From Trichomonas gallinae (lineage: Eukaryota), in assembly GCA_008369845.1 (NCBI GenBank), contig MRSU01003238.1, forward strand, positions 1-38,885: 38,885 nucleotides of DNA. The letters are read 5' to 3'. The number at the start of each line of letters is the position of its first letter. Position 1 is the first letter of the stretch. The notes under the pieces were generated by a model, which worked only from the letters and a program-made list of their open reading frames with translations, was not told the DNA's origin and did no database searches. The position numbers and the translations under genes were made by a program. Of the stretch, positions 11,128 to 21,536 are shown in pieces.

Positions 11128-11145
11128 TACGGTTAGTAACAGTTG
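11128..11145. promoter_or_regulatory. Two adjacent Myb-recognition-like sites (TACGGTTA, TAACAGTTG)
   Basis: On the sense strand they read CAACTG and TAACCG (YAACNG), 37-54 bp upstream of the Myb ATG. Confidence 0.45.
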
Positions 11146-12240
11146 ATCCCTAAAACCTATACTCAATGTATGAGAAAAAAATTATATAATAGTTTACATA
11201 CCAAACAATAATGTTCTACTACATGTTATCATCACGAAAAATAAAGTTTTGTTTCAATTCATCGTTTTTGACAAATTTATCATTCAGGGAAAATTTTATT
11301 ATACTCTACTTGTTTTTTCCCTGATACTCTGCTTGCTGTATATTAGCTTATTACGATGGTGTTATAGGATAGACTTAAAATTTCTAATTTTTAACTAATT
11401 TTTTATCAATTGACACTTTGTAATAAATTAACCGAGAACTATAATGCCACGGGGTTTTCTCAGGATGATGCCAAAAGCTCAAAGGCGGAAATTATAAAAT
11501 TGTTTCTAATAATTGTTTCCCAAATATTTTAACTGGTGTATATAATACAATGAGTCTGAACGGATAATTTAAATCAAGCTCAGATATCTTAACAAGATTT
11601 CATATCATTAATCTGATTTAATAAATAATAACTTATCTATTAATTCCTCACTATAAATGCCATTAAAATATTAATATTTGTTTAAATTCAATTTTTTACA
11701 ATTGATTACAACCGAATCCCTATGTTTTGAACACAAGGGATCAATCAATCATCATCGATTACAGGCCAACGAATACTCAATTTATATTAGAATTCCTTCT
11801 TTATTGAAAAATTAATATTAAGTCGCTCAATTTGAGTCTGAAGTTTTGGGCGTTTAAATATGTTGTAATATGCAATGTAAATAGCATATATTTATATTAA
11901 TTATTCAATAATTATTTAATTTATTGATGAATTTTCTAAATTAGAGACCAAAAGGCTAATCACGCAATTTTATGCTGAAAATCCTATGCATATTGTCAAA
12001 GAATATCGTTTGAAAGTTATAAAAGTATATATTATGCACAACAATTTTTATCTTCGAATATTTTGCCCAATGATACTATTCTTTGAGACATGCTGTAATA
12101 ACATCAACATTACACATCATCTGAAATAGAATGATGTGTCTTAAAACATTGATAAAATTGAACCGATTGAATAAAAATCTTGAAAATGGATTCGTTATTA
12201 AGAAGATTTGTGCCAATGATTCAGTAAAGTGATGTTGGAT

Positions 12241-12331
12241 GAGATCAAAAGTGATATAAATTTGATGTGTAACGAATTGAAAATGGGTTGGGAGTAATTC
12301 AGCAATTACATCAAAGTCACTTTTCGATCTC
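12241..12331. repeat. Imperfect inverted repeat / about 90 nt fold-back
   Basis: Nested pairings: GAGATC/GATCTC, AAAAGTGA/TCACTTTT, TTTGATGT/ACATCAAA, GAATT/AATTC. Confidence 0.7.
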
Positions 12332-12497
12332 CTAAGAAAAAATATTATCCCCGAAAATCGAAATGATAAAATGCATCTACATGTAATGAATCTATTAAAT
12401 AAGAAAAATGAAAATTTGTTTTGATAGTCTTCATTTCACTTTTCAATTTCGCGATTATAGAATTCATGCAAAACATATATATCGAAAAAATATAAAT

Positions 12498-12826
12498 TTT
12501 TCACAAATGGATAAAAAAAATTTTCTGAAAGATCATAAATATATTATTTGTTTTATTTATGATACTAGATTTCAAATATTAAATTTTCACGAATTAAAAT
12601 AATTTTTCAAATTCATGGAGATCATAAAATTAATATTTGTTTCTACTTTTAATACTAGATTTAATTTTATTTTTCATAAATGGATAGAAAAAATATTTCT
12701 GAGTGATCATAAATATAATATTTATTCGTAATTTTGATACTAGAATTTGAATTTAAAAATGGATAAAAAAATATATTTGAAAGAATTCTTTACAAAATTA
12801 ATTACCAATATAGATTTCGAATATTA
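12498..12826 (+). repeat. Degenerate tandem repeat, about 86 bp unit, 3-4 copies
   Basis: GATCATAAA at 12531, 12620, 12705; ATACTAGA at 12562, 12652, 12737; AATGGATA at 12506, 12679, 12758. Confidence 0.85.
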
Positions 12827-13054
12827 TTTGTGGAAAATGTGACAAAACAGATTAAAAGTGCCAATGATTTGAAAGTGATACAAAATCTCTAAAAACGTGA
12901 CACAAATCGACCGCTGTTATCAAATTCGTATCAAAACCTTGATAATTGCTAGCCTCTAATGGTGTAGCCTTTATTTCGTAAGAAAAGCGATCAAAGACGA
13001 TAGCATCGTTTTCCTGTAAAACGGTTATAGATTTCAAGAAAAAATCTCCAAAAA

Positions 13055-13975
13055 ATGTTCCAACCTCGAATTCTTGTCCATCTTGGCGCATCAGACATTC
13101 CGCCACAGTTCAGGGAAGAATCACTCGAGTGGGTCAAAAAGGCTGTTGCCCATGGCGCAGAAGTTGCGAGAACAGGAGCTCCCGCCGAAGATATAGTTGC
13201 GGCAACAATTACAGTTCTTGAGGACTGCCCTGTTTCGGATGCAGGCTTCGGTTCTGTATTCAATGCAAAGGGATCTCACCAGATGGACGCTGGAATTATG
13301 ACTGGCGATCACAGATATGGTGCAATTCTCTCTCTTCACGGCGTCCAAAATCCAATTATGGTCGCTAGAAGGATGGTTGATGATCCTCGTTTCTCAATTC
13401 TCTCCGGAGAAGGCGCTATGGAATTGGTCAAGGAAATGGGCGTTCCAATACTTCCAGACGAAGCATTCGAAACAAGATACAACAGGTTCATCCAAGACCA
13501 GTTTTCAAACCACGGTGATCCTCTGGATTTATTCGTTAAACCTCCTCCGGACCACGGAACAGTCGGCTGTGTTGCTAGAGACATTCACGGACACATTGCC
13601 GCTGGTACTTCTACAGGTGGAACGCCATTCGCCCCATCCGGCAGAGTTGGCGATTCTCCATTCCCAGGTTGCGGCGTTTACGCAAACGACTCTGAAGGCT
13701 GCTGCTCATGCACTGGCTACGGCGAAGCTATCCTTGTCGAGCTCCTCGGTGCTAAAACAGCGGAACGCCTTCCAAAGATGCCGCCAATGCAAGCGGCTAA
13801 GGAGGCTATCAACGCTTTCGCTAAGTCACCAAGACATGTTGGAGGCGTTATTTGCCTCAAGAAGGAAACAGGCGAATACGGCCTCTTCCACAATACAGAA
13901 CATATGCCATTTGCTATGCTTATGGACGATGGATCTATCGTTTCTGGCCTCTCAGTTAGTGAGCTGAAACAGTAA
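13055..13975 (+). CDS. Isoaspartyl peptidase / type 2 L-asparaginase (Ntn hydrolase)
   Basis: LEDCP..AGFGS, MDAGIM, VQNPIMVAR, autocleavage site HG|TVGCVA, AGTSTGG, GRVGDSP, CTGYGE. Confidence 0.95.
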   Translation: MFQPRILVHLGASDIPPQFREESLEWVKKAVAHGAEVARTGAPAEDIVAATITVLEDCPVSDAGFGSVFNAKGSHQMDAGIMTGDHRYGAILSLHGVQNPIMVARRMVDDPRFSILSGEGAMELVKEMGVPILPDEAFETRYNRFIQDQFSNHGDPLDLFVKPPPDHGTVGCVARDIHGHIAAGTSTGGTPFAPSGRVGDSPFPGCGVYANDSEGCCSCTGYGEAILVELLGAKTAERLPKMPPMQAAKEAINAFAKSPRHVGGVICLKKETGEYGLFHNTEHMPFAMLMDDGSIVSGLSVSELKQ

Positions 13976-14946
13976 AAATTAATTTAGTGCTTTTTTCATT
14001 TATCAAATATTTTGGAACTGACTGGTCTCTTTTTTTTTTGCTTGATAATATCACTACATTTACTCGATACCTGGTTTCAGACGCATGTTAAATGAATAAT
14101 TTTTGACTTCTCAATATTTTACCCAAAACATATTTTGAATCAATATCCTTACTATTTTAATACTACTCTATTGATTTTATGACTATTCTAAAGGATACTT
14201 TTGCTATAAACAGTGAAAAAATATGCAAATAAAATTGATGTCAAGGTTCAACATCTTGCACATATAATTTGAATCATTTATGACATACATAACTGAATTT
14301 GACTGTCAATTTGTGTTCCAATATCAATTAAAAAATTGTTTCAATAATCTAGCCTAATAACTCTAACTTCAAGCATGAAAACAATATATAATTTGAATAT
14401 GACCAAAATTTGTTAAATCATGATCAAATCATGAATATATTCAATGAAGATAAAAAATCTTAATAGTTTTCTACTAATTCCTACTAGAAATAGCTAAAAA
14501 GTCAAAAATATACGCACTATTTTGATGGAAAGAAGAAATATAAAATTAATCATTTTCGATCAAAATCAATAGTAATTTTTCAGAATTTCAAAGGAGAGAT
14601 TATACTACTTGATTTTTATGTACATAATGAGTATAGTGCATATGTGCTCATTGGTTAAATCGATAGTTTTTTTATTCCCAATTCCAATATATTCAAGATA
14701 TATTAACATTGTATTTGCAAAACATCATAAAAAATACAATATTTATTGATACTATTGTCTAAATTAACCAAAACCTGTAATTAAACATGTTCAAAATCTA
14801 TAACGAACATTAGAAGAGTCATTCCATTAAAAATATGGAATATATAGCATCAAAATGCCATATCCATTGTTAGATTTGGTCAATAAAAGTTGTGTCAAAA
14901 CCGCCAAATTAAAAAAAGTTTTTTCTTTTCTTTTCAGCACATATAT

Positions 14947-17900
14947 ATGTCAAAACCTCGGATCCCGATCACTACAGAAGAGATCAGGGCAACGAAAAAC
15001 GTGAGGGCATTGCAAGACATGTGTTTGAACCTAAAGAAAAACTATGATGAGGTCACATCAAATCTTAGATTTATAAATTCTCTTTATATTAAAGCCAAAG
15101 CAGATTTAGAGCAAAAGACGACGGCCTCCGACAACTTACAAACAAAATGTAACGCGATGGATTATTTTCAACGAAAAGCTTTAGCGTTTAATCAGCAAAT
15201 ATCAGAAATTGCGATCCAAAATCCACAATCGAACAATTCGACTGAAGAAAAATTGCAATTTTACCAAAAACAAATGAAAAATATTATCGCCACATTGAAA
15301 TCAGAGTCAGCTGAGCTCGAAAAAATCGCAATCGCGCCATCTTCCGACCACAGTCAAAGCCCGAAGGCATATGGTCACGCGAACGATGTTGTAGCGGCAA
15401 AAAAGACAGAAACAGAATCTTCGCTAAAACTTTTACTAAAACGCACGCAAGACGAAAGCAACAAGTTCAAAGCTGAGCTTGAAGTCGCTGCGAAGAAAAT
15501 TGCCCGCCTTGTGCAAGAAAACGACAGCTTAAAATCAAAACCAACACAATCATCAACGGAAAGGAAGTTCAATGTACTGAAGGAAAAGGCTAAAAAGATG
15601 AGTATGGAAATAGAGGACCTCAAAAAAGAAAACGATTTACTCAGGAAACAGCTAATTATTTTATCAAGATCTAATTCGTCGCAAAAACAAGATGAAACAC
15701 CTTCTCATTCTTCAAGACGCTCAAATGCGGGTGCTACTCATTATATCAGCCCATCAGGTTCTACATCAAGAATAAATCGTTACACACCAAAAGTGCCAAA
15801 GAATCCATCAATCTTAGGCGAACAAGGCAACAACAGTGCGAGGTCATCATCCGTGTCAGTAAGAGTGCCTTTATCACCGGACAAAGATCTTCAGAAATTA
15901 TCTGAAGAGGTCGCAAGGCAGATTAGAGAAGCAAATAGACTCGACAATGAAACGTCAGAGATCAAACAGCAAATTTCAGACAAAAAGAAAGAATTGGCCG
16001 AAGCCATCTCCCGGAAAGAAGAAGCTGCGGAGAGGAATAGGATTGCCAAGGCCGAATTCGAGCAGCAGAAAGTCCAATATGACCAGGAAATTAAAGCTGT
16101 AAATCAACGAAGAGAAAAAATAAGAACATCAACAGAAAAGTTCGAAAAACAGATAAACGAGGTATCAGACGAAATAAAGAAGCTTAGACTTATGAACATA
16201 GACGGCAAAAAATCCCTCGAAGAGGTCGAGAGATCGATAAAAGCCGGAACAGAGAAAATCAACAGAAGGAGGTCAAGTCTGATGCTCACAGTCGCTGCGC
16301 AGAAGGAGAGACTGGCAAACAGAGAAAAAGACCTTCAGCATGTCCAGAAAGTTTTGGACGATTTGAAAGAAATAGAGAAAAACAATATAATTCCAGAGGA
16401 TCTTAAAATGCAAGATACAGATGATAAAGATGAACAGAAGAATAAGGAGAATTCTCCAAAATTAAATAATTCGAATCCGAATAACAACGAAACAGAGCCA
16501 AAACTACAGATGAAGTCACCATCAAAGTCGCCACAGAAGATTCCGGTGACGGAAATTTCTGATGATGACGATTTTTCGGATTTGAAGCCAATGAGCAACC
16601 AAAGTCGGAAGCCAATACTTCAACTACAACAGAAAAGCGCGGATCAATCTCCAAAACTAGATAAAACAAAGCCAAAACTTGAAATTAAAGATCAAAAACA
16701 GACAAATCAAACAGACAAGCAGAGAACATTGCCAGGAGATGATGACGATGATTTCTCAGACTTAAAGCTAGCAAACAGATCAAAACAACCAATATCGCAG
16801 ATAAATCAAAACCAAAAAACAGATAAACCGAAAACAGCAACTACAACAGACAAGCCAAAGCCATCCCCTGTGAATGATGACGACGATGACGATTTTTCAG
16901 ATTTAAAGCCATCGAGAAACTCTCAAAAGCCAACATTACAGATACCTCACAACCAGCCAAAGAAGCTCCAGCTTCCTCCGCCTGATGATGACGAGTTATA
17001 TAATTATGATGATTTAGAACCAGTTAAAACAAGCTCGCAAAGCAGTCGCCGTGTTAGTGTTATAGAGGAACCCGACGATGATGACGAGTTTGCGGATCTA
17101 AAACCAATCGAATCTGTTCCACCGATTTTATCTTTGGTTCCAGAGCCAAAAGCGGAACCGAAGACACTCGTTGTCAATCTAGAGCATGAAGTTCCAAAGC
17201 CCCATGCTAAGCCAGGACTCGCAAAATACGCTGATGATGATAACATTGAAAATATCATGAACGATGAACCAGAAACAGAGCAGTTAAAGATCCAGCCGAC
17301 GACATCAGCCAAGAAGCTTCCACTTTTGAAACTCTATATAGATACAGATGATGATTCATCAAACGAATCTTTAAGAGCTCCAGTTGGCTCTATTCCTGTT
17401 ACTTCACGCCGCACAATGCCAATTCATATCAGCAATCTAGCGCGCAAGCTTCCTCCCCCGGATTCGGATGAATTCGACAATTTCGACAATCTTCAGCCAG
17501 CAAATAACACACAAAAGAACATTGTGAAGCCGAAACCAGCTGTTGTTAATGATGACGACGAATTTTCGGATCTCCAACCGATGAAATCTCGTCCAGAACC
17601 TTTGCAGCTTGGTTCTAATGTCTCGAATATACAGACCTCACAGCCTAGCTTAATAGATTTGAGCGAAAAGGACGAAATCGATGACTTGTTCAGATCATAT
17701 GAAGGAGATCTCGTCCTTAAAGTCTCTCCTAAGAAGAACACGACGTTGCCTCGCCAGGCTTCGACGAAGAAGACTGAGGACAGCGTTTTTATTGCGGAAA
17801 TCATTGATAAAGTTCCAGAAGATATGAGAAAGGGCCCGAATACGCCAATTACTTTCGATGACAACCATTCATTCGATTATCAGAAGTTTGTTGGCGACGT

Positions 17901-17997
17901 TCAAACACATAACTCGGAGATGAAACACGCTAAGTTCGGATCGCCTCATGGTCCTGTCAGCAATGAGGAAATAGCATCAGAATTCGCTGGAATGTAA
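14947..17997 (+). CDS. Large coiled-coil protein with a disordered C-half carrying repeated DDD(D/E)F(S/A)DL(K/Q)P motifs
   Basis: First ATG 14947 (MSKPRI); heptad-rich N-half; about 7 acidic-Phe motifs in the C-half. Confidence 0.9.
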   Translation: MSKPRIPITTEEIRATKNVRALQDMCLNLKKNYDEVTSNLRFINSLYIKAKADLEQKTTASDNLQTKCNAMDYFQRKALAFNQQISEIAIQNPQSNNSTEEKLQFYQKQMKNIIATLKSESAELEKIAIAPSSDHSQSPKAYGHANDVVAAKKTETESSLKLLLKRTQDESNKFKAELEVAAKKIARLVQENDSLKSKPTQSSTERKFNVLKEKAKKMSMEIEDLKKENDLLRKQLIILSRSNSSQKQDETPSHSSRRSNAGATHYISPSGSTSRINRYTPKVPKNPSILGEQGNNSARSSSVSVRVPLSPDKDLQKLSEEVARQIREANRLDNETSEIKQQISDKKKELAEAISRKEEAAERNRIAKAEFEQQKVQYDQEIKAVNQRREKIRTSTEKFEKQINEVSDEIKKLRLMNIDGKKSLEEVERSIKAGTEKINRRRSSLMLTVAAQKERLANREKDLQHVQKVLDDLKEIEKNNIIPEDLKMQDTDDKDEQKNKENSPKLNNSNPNNNETEPKLQMKSPSKSPQKIPVTEISDDDDFSDLKPMSNQSRKPILQLQQKSADQSPKLDKTKPKLEIKDQKQTNQTDKQRTLPGDDDDDFSDLKLANRSKQPISQINQNQKTDKPKTATTTDKPKPSPVNDDDDDDFSDLKPSRNSQKPTLQIPHNQPKKLQLPPPDDDELYNYDDLEPVKTSSQSSRRVSVIEEPDDDDEFADLKPIESVPPILSLVPEPKAEPKTLVVNLEHEVPKPHAKPGLAKYADDDNIENIMNDEPETEQLKIQPTTSAKKLPLLKLYIDTDDDSSNESLRAPVGSIPVTSRRTMPIHISNLARKLPPPDSDEFDNFDNLQPANNTQKNIVKPKPAVVNDDDEFSDLQPMKSRPEPLQLGSNVSNIQTSQPSLIDLSEKDEIDDLFRSYEGDLVLKVSPKKNTTLPRQASTKKTEDSVFIAEIIDKVPEDMRKGPNTPITFDDNHSFDYQKFVGDVQTHNSEMKHAKFGSPHGPVSNEEIASEFAGM

Positions 17998-18641
17998 TTA
18001 TTATTTTATTTTTATATTTATTATTTATTATTAATTTGTGATTAAATTTATTTTCTTTATATACTTCAAAATTCATCATTTTTGAGCTTCAAAACTTCTA
18101 TTGCATGCTTTTTGTGAAAATAGAAAAGAACTGTGAAATTTGGCATTTTACGGGTGTGAAAGGATTTTAAATTCTGAAAAACCGCTTTAAACGTTCACAT
18201 TTGAGTTAAAAATAATCGTTGAATCAAATTTTGAAAGTAGGTATTATAATATATTAGTATGGGCTTGAATGCATTTTGATAAGTTCACATGATGTATTGG
18301 TATCAATCATATGGCATGATTTATGACTCCTTGGATTCCGTCTGTCCTTTTTAAATTAGAAAAATAAGCTTGATGGACAAAATTTTTTCATCTAATGAAA
18401 CGTAAACGTAAGAAGAGGCTCTAAAATAAGTAGTAGATCAATTTGGGCAAAATATCTTATTCTGAAGGCATTGTCCTGTCGATTGAAAAGAAATATTTTA
18501 TGTAATTTTAAACGTTCTAAATATAGAAAGTAAAATTAACTGAATGGAACATATCTAGAAAAAGAAATTATTTAAATTATGGAAATTTTAAACCAAATTA
18601 GAGTTTTTCAGTCAATTATATAGATATAGTGAAAATAATTT

Positions 18642-19586
18642 TTGTTTTTGATTTTTCTAGCTGTACAACTTATTAAGGAGTTCGAATATACCAATTCCGA
18701 AGAGAGGATATATTTGAAACCTGGATTTTATAATGTAGAATGCTATGGAGCAAAAGGAGAAAATTCAAAATATTATCGCAAATACATTATATGTGAACAA
18801 AATGGTGGAAATGGAGCATATATATCTGCATATATTAAAATATATGGCGTTTCAACGTTGAAAGTTGTTGTTGGGCAAAAAGGCCAAGGCAGAAAAGGAG
18901 GTTATAGTGATGGAGGTGATGCTTCAGACGGAACTGATTACGATGGATTTCTTCCATCTGGTGGAGGAGGTTCTACCAAAGTTTATATTAATGAGGAGCT
19001 TAAGTTTATTGCTGCAGCAGGTTCAGGAGCTCATTGTGGCAATTATCCATCAGATGGAGCCCCAGCAGGCGGAATAAATTATAACTATGAAGCTTATTAT
19101 CGTAACTTTATTAAACCTAATCAAAATGTCGAAAATCTTCCTCGAGAAAAAGGAGGAAAAGGAAAGATATATTCTGGTGGTGGAGGTGGGTATTATTGTG
19201 GAATTGGAGGTCATAGAGATAATAATCTTATTAGATTTTATGGATCGAGTGGAACATCATGGATCGAAAGTTCAATTACAAATTATACTGTTCAGGATGG
19301 AAAAGAAAACAAAGCCAATTATGATAATGGGAGAGTTATAGTGAATTTGATATATTTATGCTCTGATAATTGTTATTCTTGTAGTAGTTCTTCGAAATGC
19401 GATAAATGTAATAAAGGATATTTGTTGTCAAATGATGTCTGTGTTTTACCAGAAAGAACACCTGAACCAACTCCAATGATAACACCAGAAATGACTCCTT
19501 CGCCAACACCTAAACCCCTGAAAAAAACAAAGTCATTTCAGCATTACCTAGAATTAAGAAAAAGATATAAACAAAGCTCAGGTTGA
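18642..19586 (+). pseudogene. Glycine-rich (ALK/LTK-like) surface protein gene with Cys-rich and Pro/Thr segments, lacking an ATG start
   Basis: PGFYNVECYGAKG, GGNGAY, SGGGGST, GGGGGYY, NGRV; CSDNCYSCSSSSKCDKC; TPEPTP repeats. The ORF opens at TTG with an in-frame TAA at 18636 and no in-frame ATG until near the end. Confidence 0.65.
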
Positions 19587-20485
19587 TTTTTTTAAAGTTG
19601 TCTTTATTTGTTTGTTAGTAAAAGTCATGTATATTAAATAATGAAATATTTCAACAACAATGTTTATTATAAAGTTTTCTATTCGTTATTCTTCGAATAT
19701 GATTTGAAATTTAATATGATCAAAAATAAACAAAATAATCAATATCTAAAACGTCATATTTTCGTGTAACTATTCTTGATACACAGAAATACGATTAATT
19801 TAATAAAAAAAATCGAATTTCATGCACTATAAGGATTTCTTATTAGTTTAGATTGTTATGTAGCCTGTACAAGCTATACTATTATACTCAAAAGATGGTT
19901 TTAGAGATAAAAATATGAATTGAAAATTATGCATTAATTATCAAAAAAGGAAATGCAAATAGCATGTTAATGAGCTAATCTATATAATTATTTCATCCAA
20001 GTAGCTTAATCAAAAAAATATTAAATCAAAGTTTTTAAAATATCTAATTATGTCCCTAATTCTTAAGAGTTCAATAGTCAAGGATGAAGTAAATTGATAT
20101 ATAATGTTAACAAATGTTGAACAAAATAAAATCAAAAACAATAATCAAATATTTTACGATAACTGCGGCTAAGCCGAAATCCAACCTCAAAAAAAGCATT
20201 CTTTGTGTCAACAGCCAGATATTTCGTGTAAGTGGTAAGGTTGCTTCGTTATTTTGAGAATTTGAAATTGAAAAGACTTTTTATTTCGCGTGAACAACCA
20301 GATTTTCTTTTAGTGTTCATCCGTGCCTTCGTGTATTATGAATGAAAAAGCCAGGTCGGCTGAAAATTATTTTTTGTGAAAAGATCAAAATTTTGAGAAG
20401 AAAACAATATAAACAATCGCATCTGAGCATAAAGAATCTAGTAATCGGCTCAAAAATTGAAAAATTCCTTTTTGAAAGGCAAAAA

Positions 20486-20491
20486 TCATTT
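20486..20491 (+). promoter_or_regulatory. Initiator (Inr) TCATTT
   Basis: Matches the trichomonad Inr TCA(T/C)(T/A), starting 20 nt before ATG 20506. Confidence 0.75.
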
Positions 20492-20505
20492 TTCTCTATA
20501 TTGCA

Positions 20506-21180
20506 ATGGCCATTGAACGCAGCTTTTCACGGCGTGTGGTGACTGATGTATTCGCAGACTTTGATTTCCCGCTTATAGATAACTTGCCAAGTCATTGGAA
20601 TCTAATTTCACAATCAGATCTTGACGAGTACGTACAACTCCGAAAAAGCTTCTACGACGAAATTAGGAAGTCGAGAAAAGGTGAAAGGCATGATGCTTTC
20701 ATTCGCAGACTAAGAACTATTCGTGATTTTGTTCAGCGTGGAGACCAGGATGACTGGAAGAGGGGATTGGTGTGTGGAATTCTGTTTCTTAGTAATGGTA
20801 TTGCGATCCACATTCAACAATTTCGACTTTTGCTCGGAAAATGCAAATCATCCATCAATGGGTCATTACAGCAGATTGGTTTCATTGCACACCCACAAGG
20901 TGGTCCAATAGAACAAGAACTGTATAAAATGGTTCCGATTTTCCAAAGAGAAAAGAGCGAAATTAAGAAATGGACAGTAAGAGACAATACTTTGAAAGTT
21001 AACCTCACTAACTCCAGTTCAGAGGATGAAGAAATATCATTTGATCGCAGGGATAATGTCGGAACTGAAGTCATTGAGCCGAGAATGTTGCATTTCAATG
21101 TGCCAATCAAATTTAGATGGAAATACTATCATATATTTCACCAATCTATCCAAACACAGACAGATTCTGTGCTAGCATGA
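20506..21180 (+). CDS. Initiator-binding-domain (IBD, IBP39-family) transcription factor
   Basis: SDLDEYVQLR...IRDFVQRGDQDDWKRGLVCGILFL...IQQFRLLLGKCKSSINGSLQQIGF is the trichomonad IBD winged-helix signature. Confidence 0.92.
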   Translation: MAIERSFSRRVVTDVFADFDFPLIDNLPSHWNLISQSDLDEYVQLRKSFYDEIRKSRKGERHDAFIRRLRTIRDFVQRGDQDDWKRGLVCGILFLSNGIAIHIQQFRLLLGKCKSSINGSLQQIGFIAHPQGGPIEQELYKMVPIFQREKSEIKKWTVRDNTLKVNLTNSSSEDEEISFDRRDNVGTEVIEPRMLHFNVPIKFRWKYYHIFHQSIQTQTDSVLA

Positions 21181-21536
21181 GATTTTTGTAATATTTGTAA
21201 TATATCAAAAACTATGGACAGCAAATTACTTTCAAATCAACAAAGGAAGAACTGTTACACATTAGTTTTCAGTTTTCTTTGTAATTATTTTTTATTTCTG
21301 GTGTTTTTTGGATTTAGGCTCCGAGAATCATAAATTGAAGGAGAAGTCAGTAGTTGATGCATAAGCCGCCTTTTAATGCCGAAGTTTTTATGATTTTAAT
21401 TTTTTTCTTTCTATAGAATAAGAATAATCGTTAGCAGAACTAACATTATTTAAATTTCCTTGTATTATTTAAAATAATTAAGGAATGATTAAACAAATAA
21501 TAGTTTATCTAAAAAATATACTTATAAAATGTTAAA

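Noticed and set aside
12408..12602. 64-aa ORF, and similar AT-rich ORFs at 3620, 7130, 20342, 22887, 23925, 32723
   Set aside because: F/I/K/N-rich translations of intergenic, repeat or antisense DNA.
13317..13967. 216-aa overlapping same-strand ORF, and other shadow ORFs inside genes (e.g. 24205, 26908, 31316, 37924)
   Set aside because: They are alternative or antisense frames of well-supported genes with biased codons and no recognisable motifs.
14890..14946. N-terminal extensions from TTG/GTG starts in the ORF track (also 469, 2656, 5482, 8855, 9264, 26169, 29434, 37081)
   Set aside because: Eukaryotic host; the extensions run through Inr/UTR sequence, so downstream ATGs were used.
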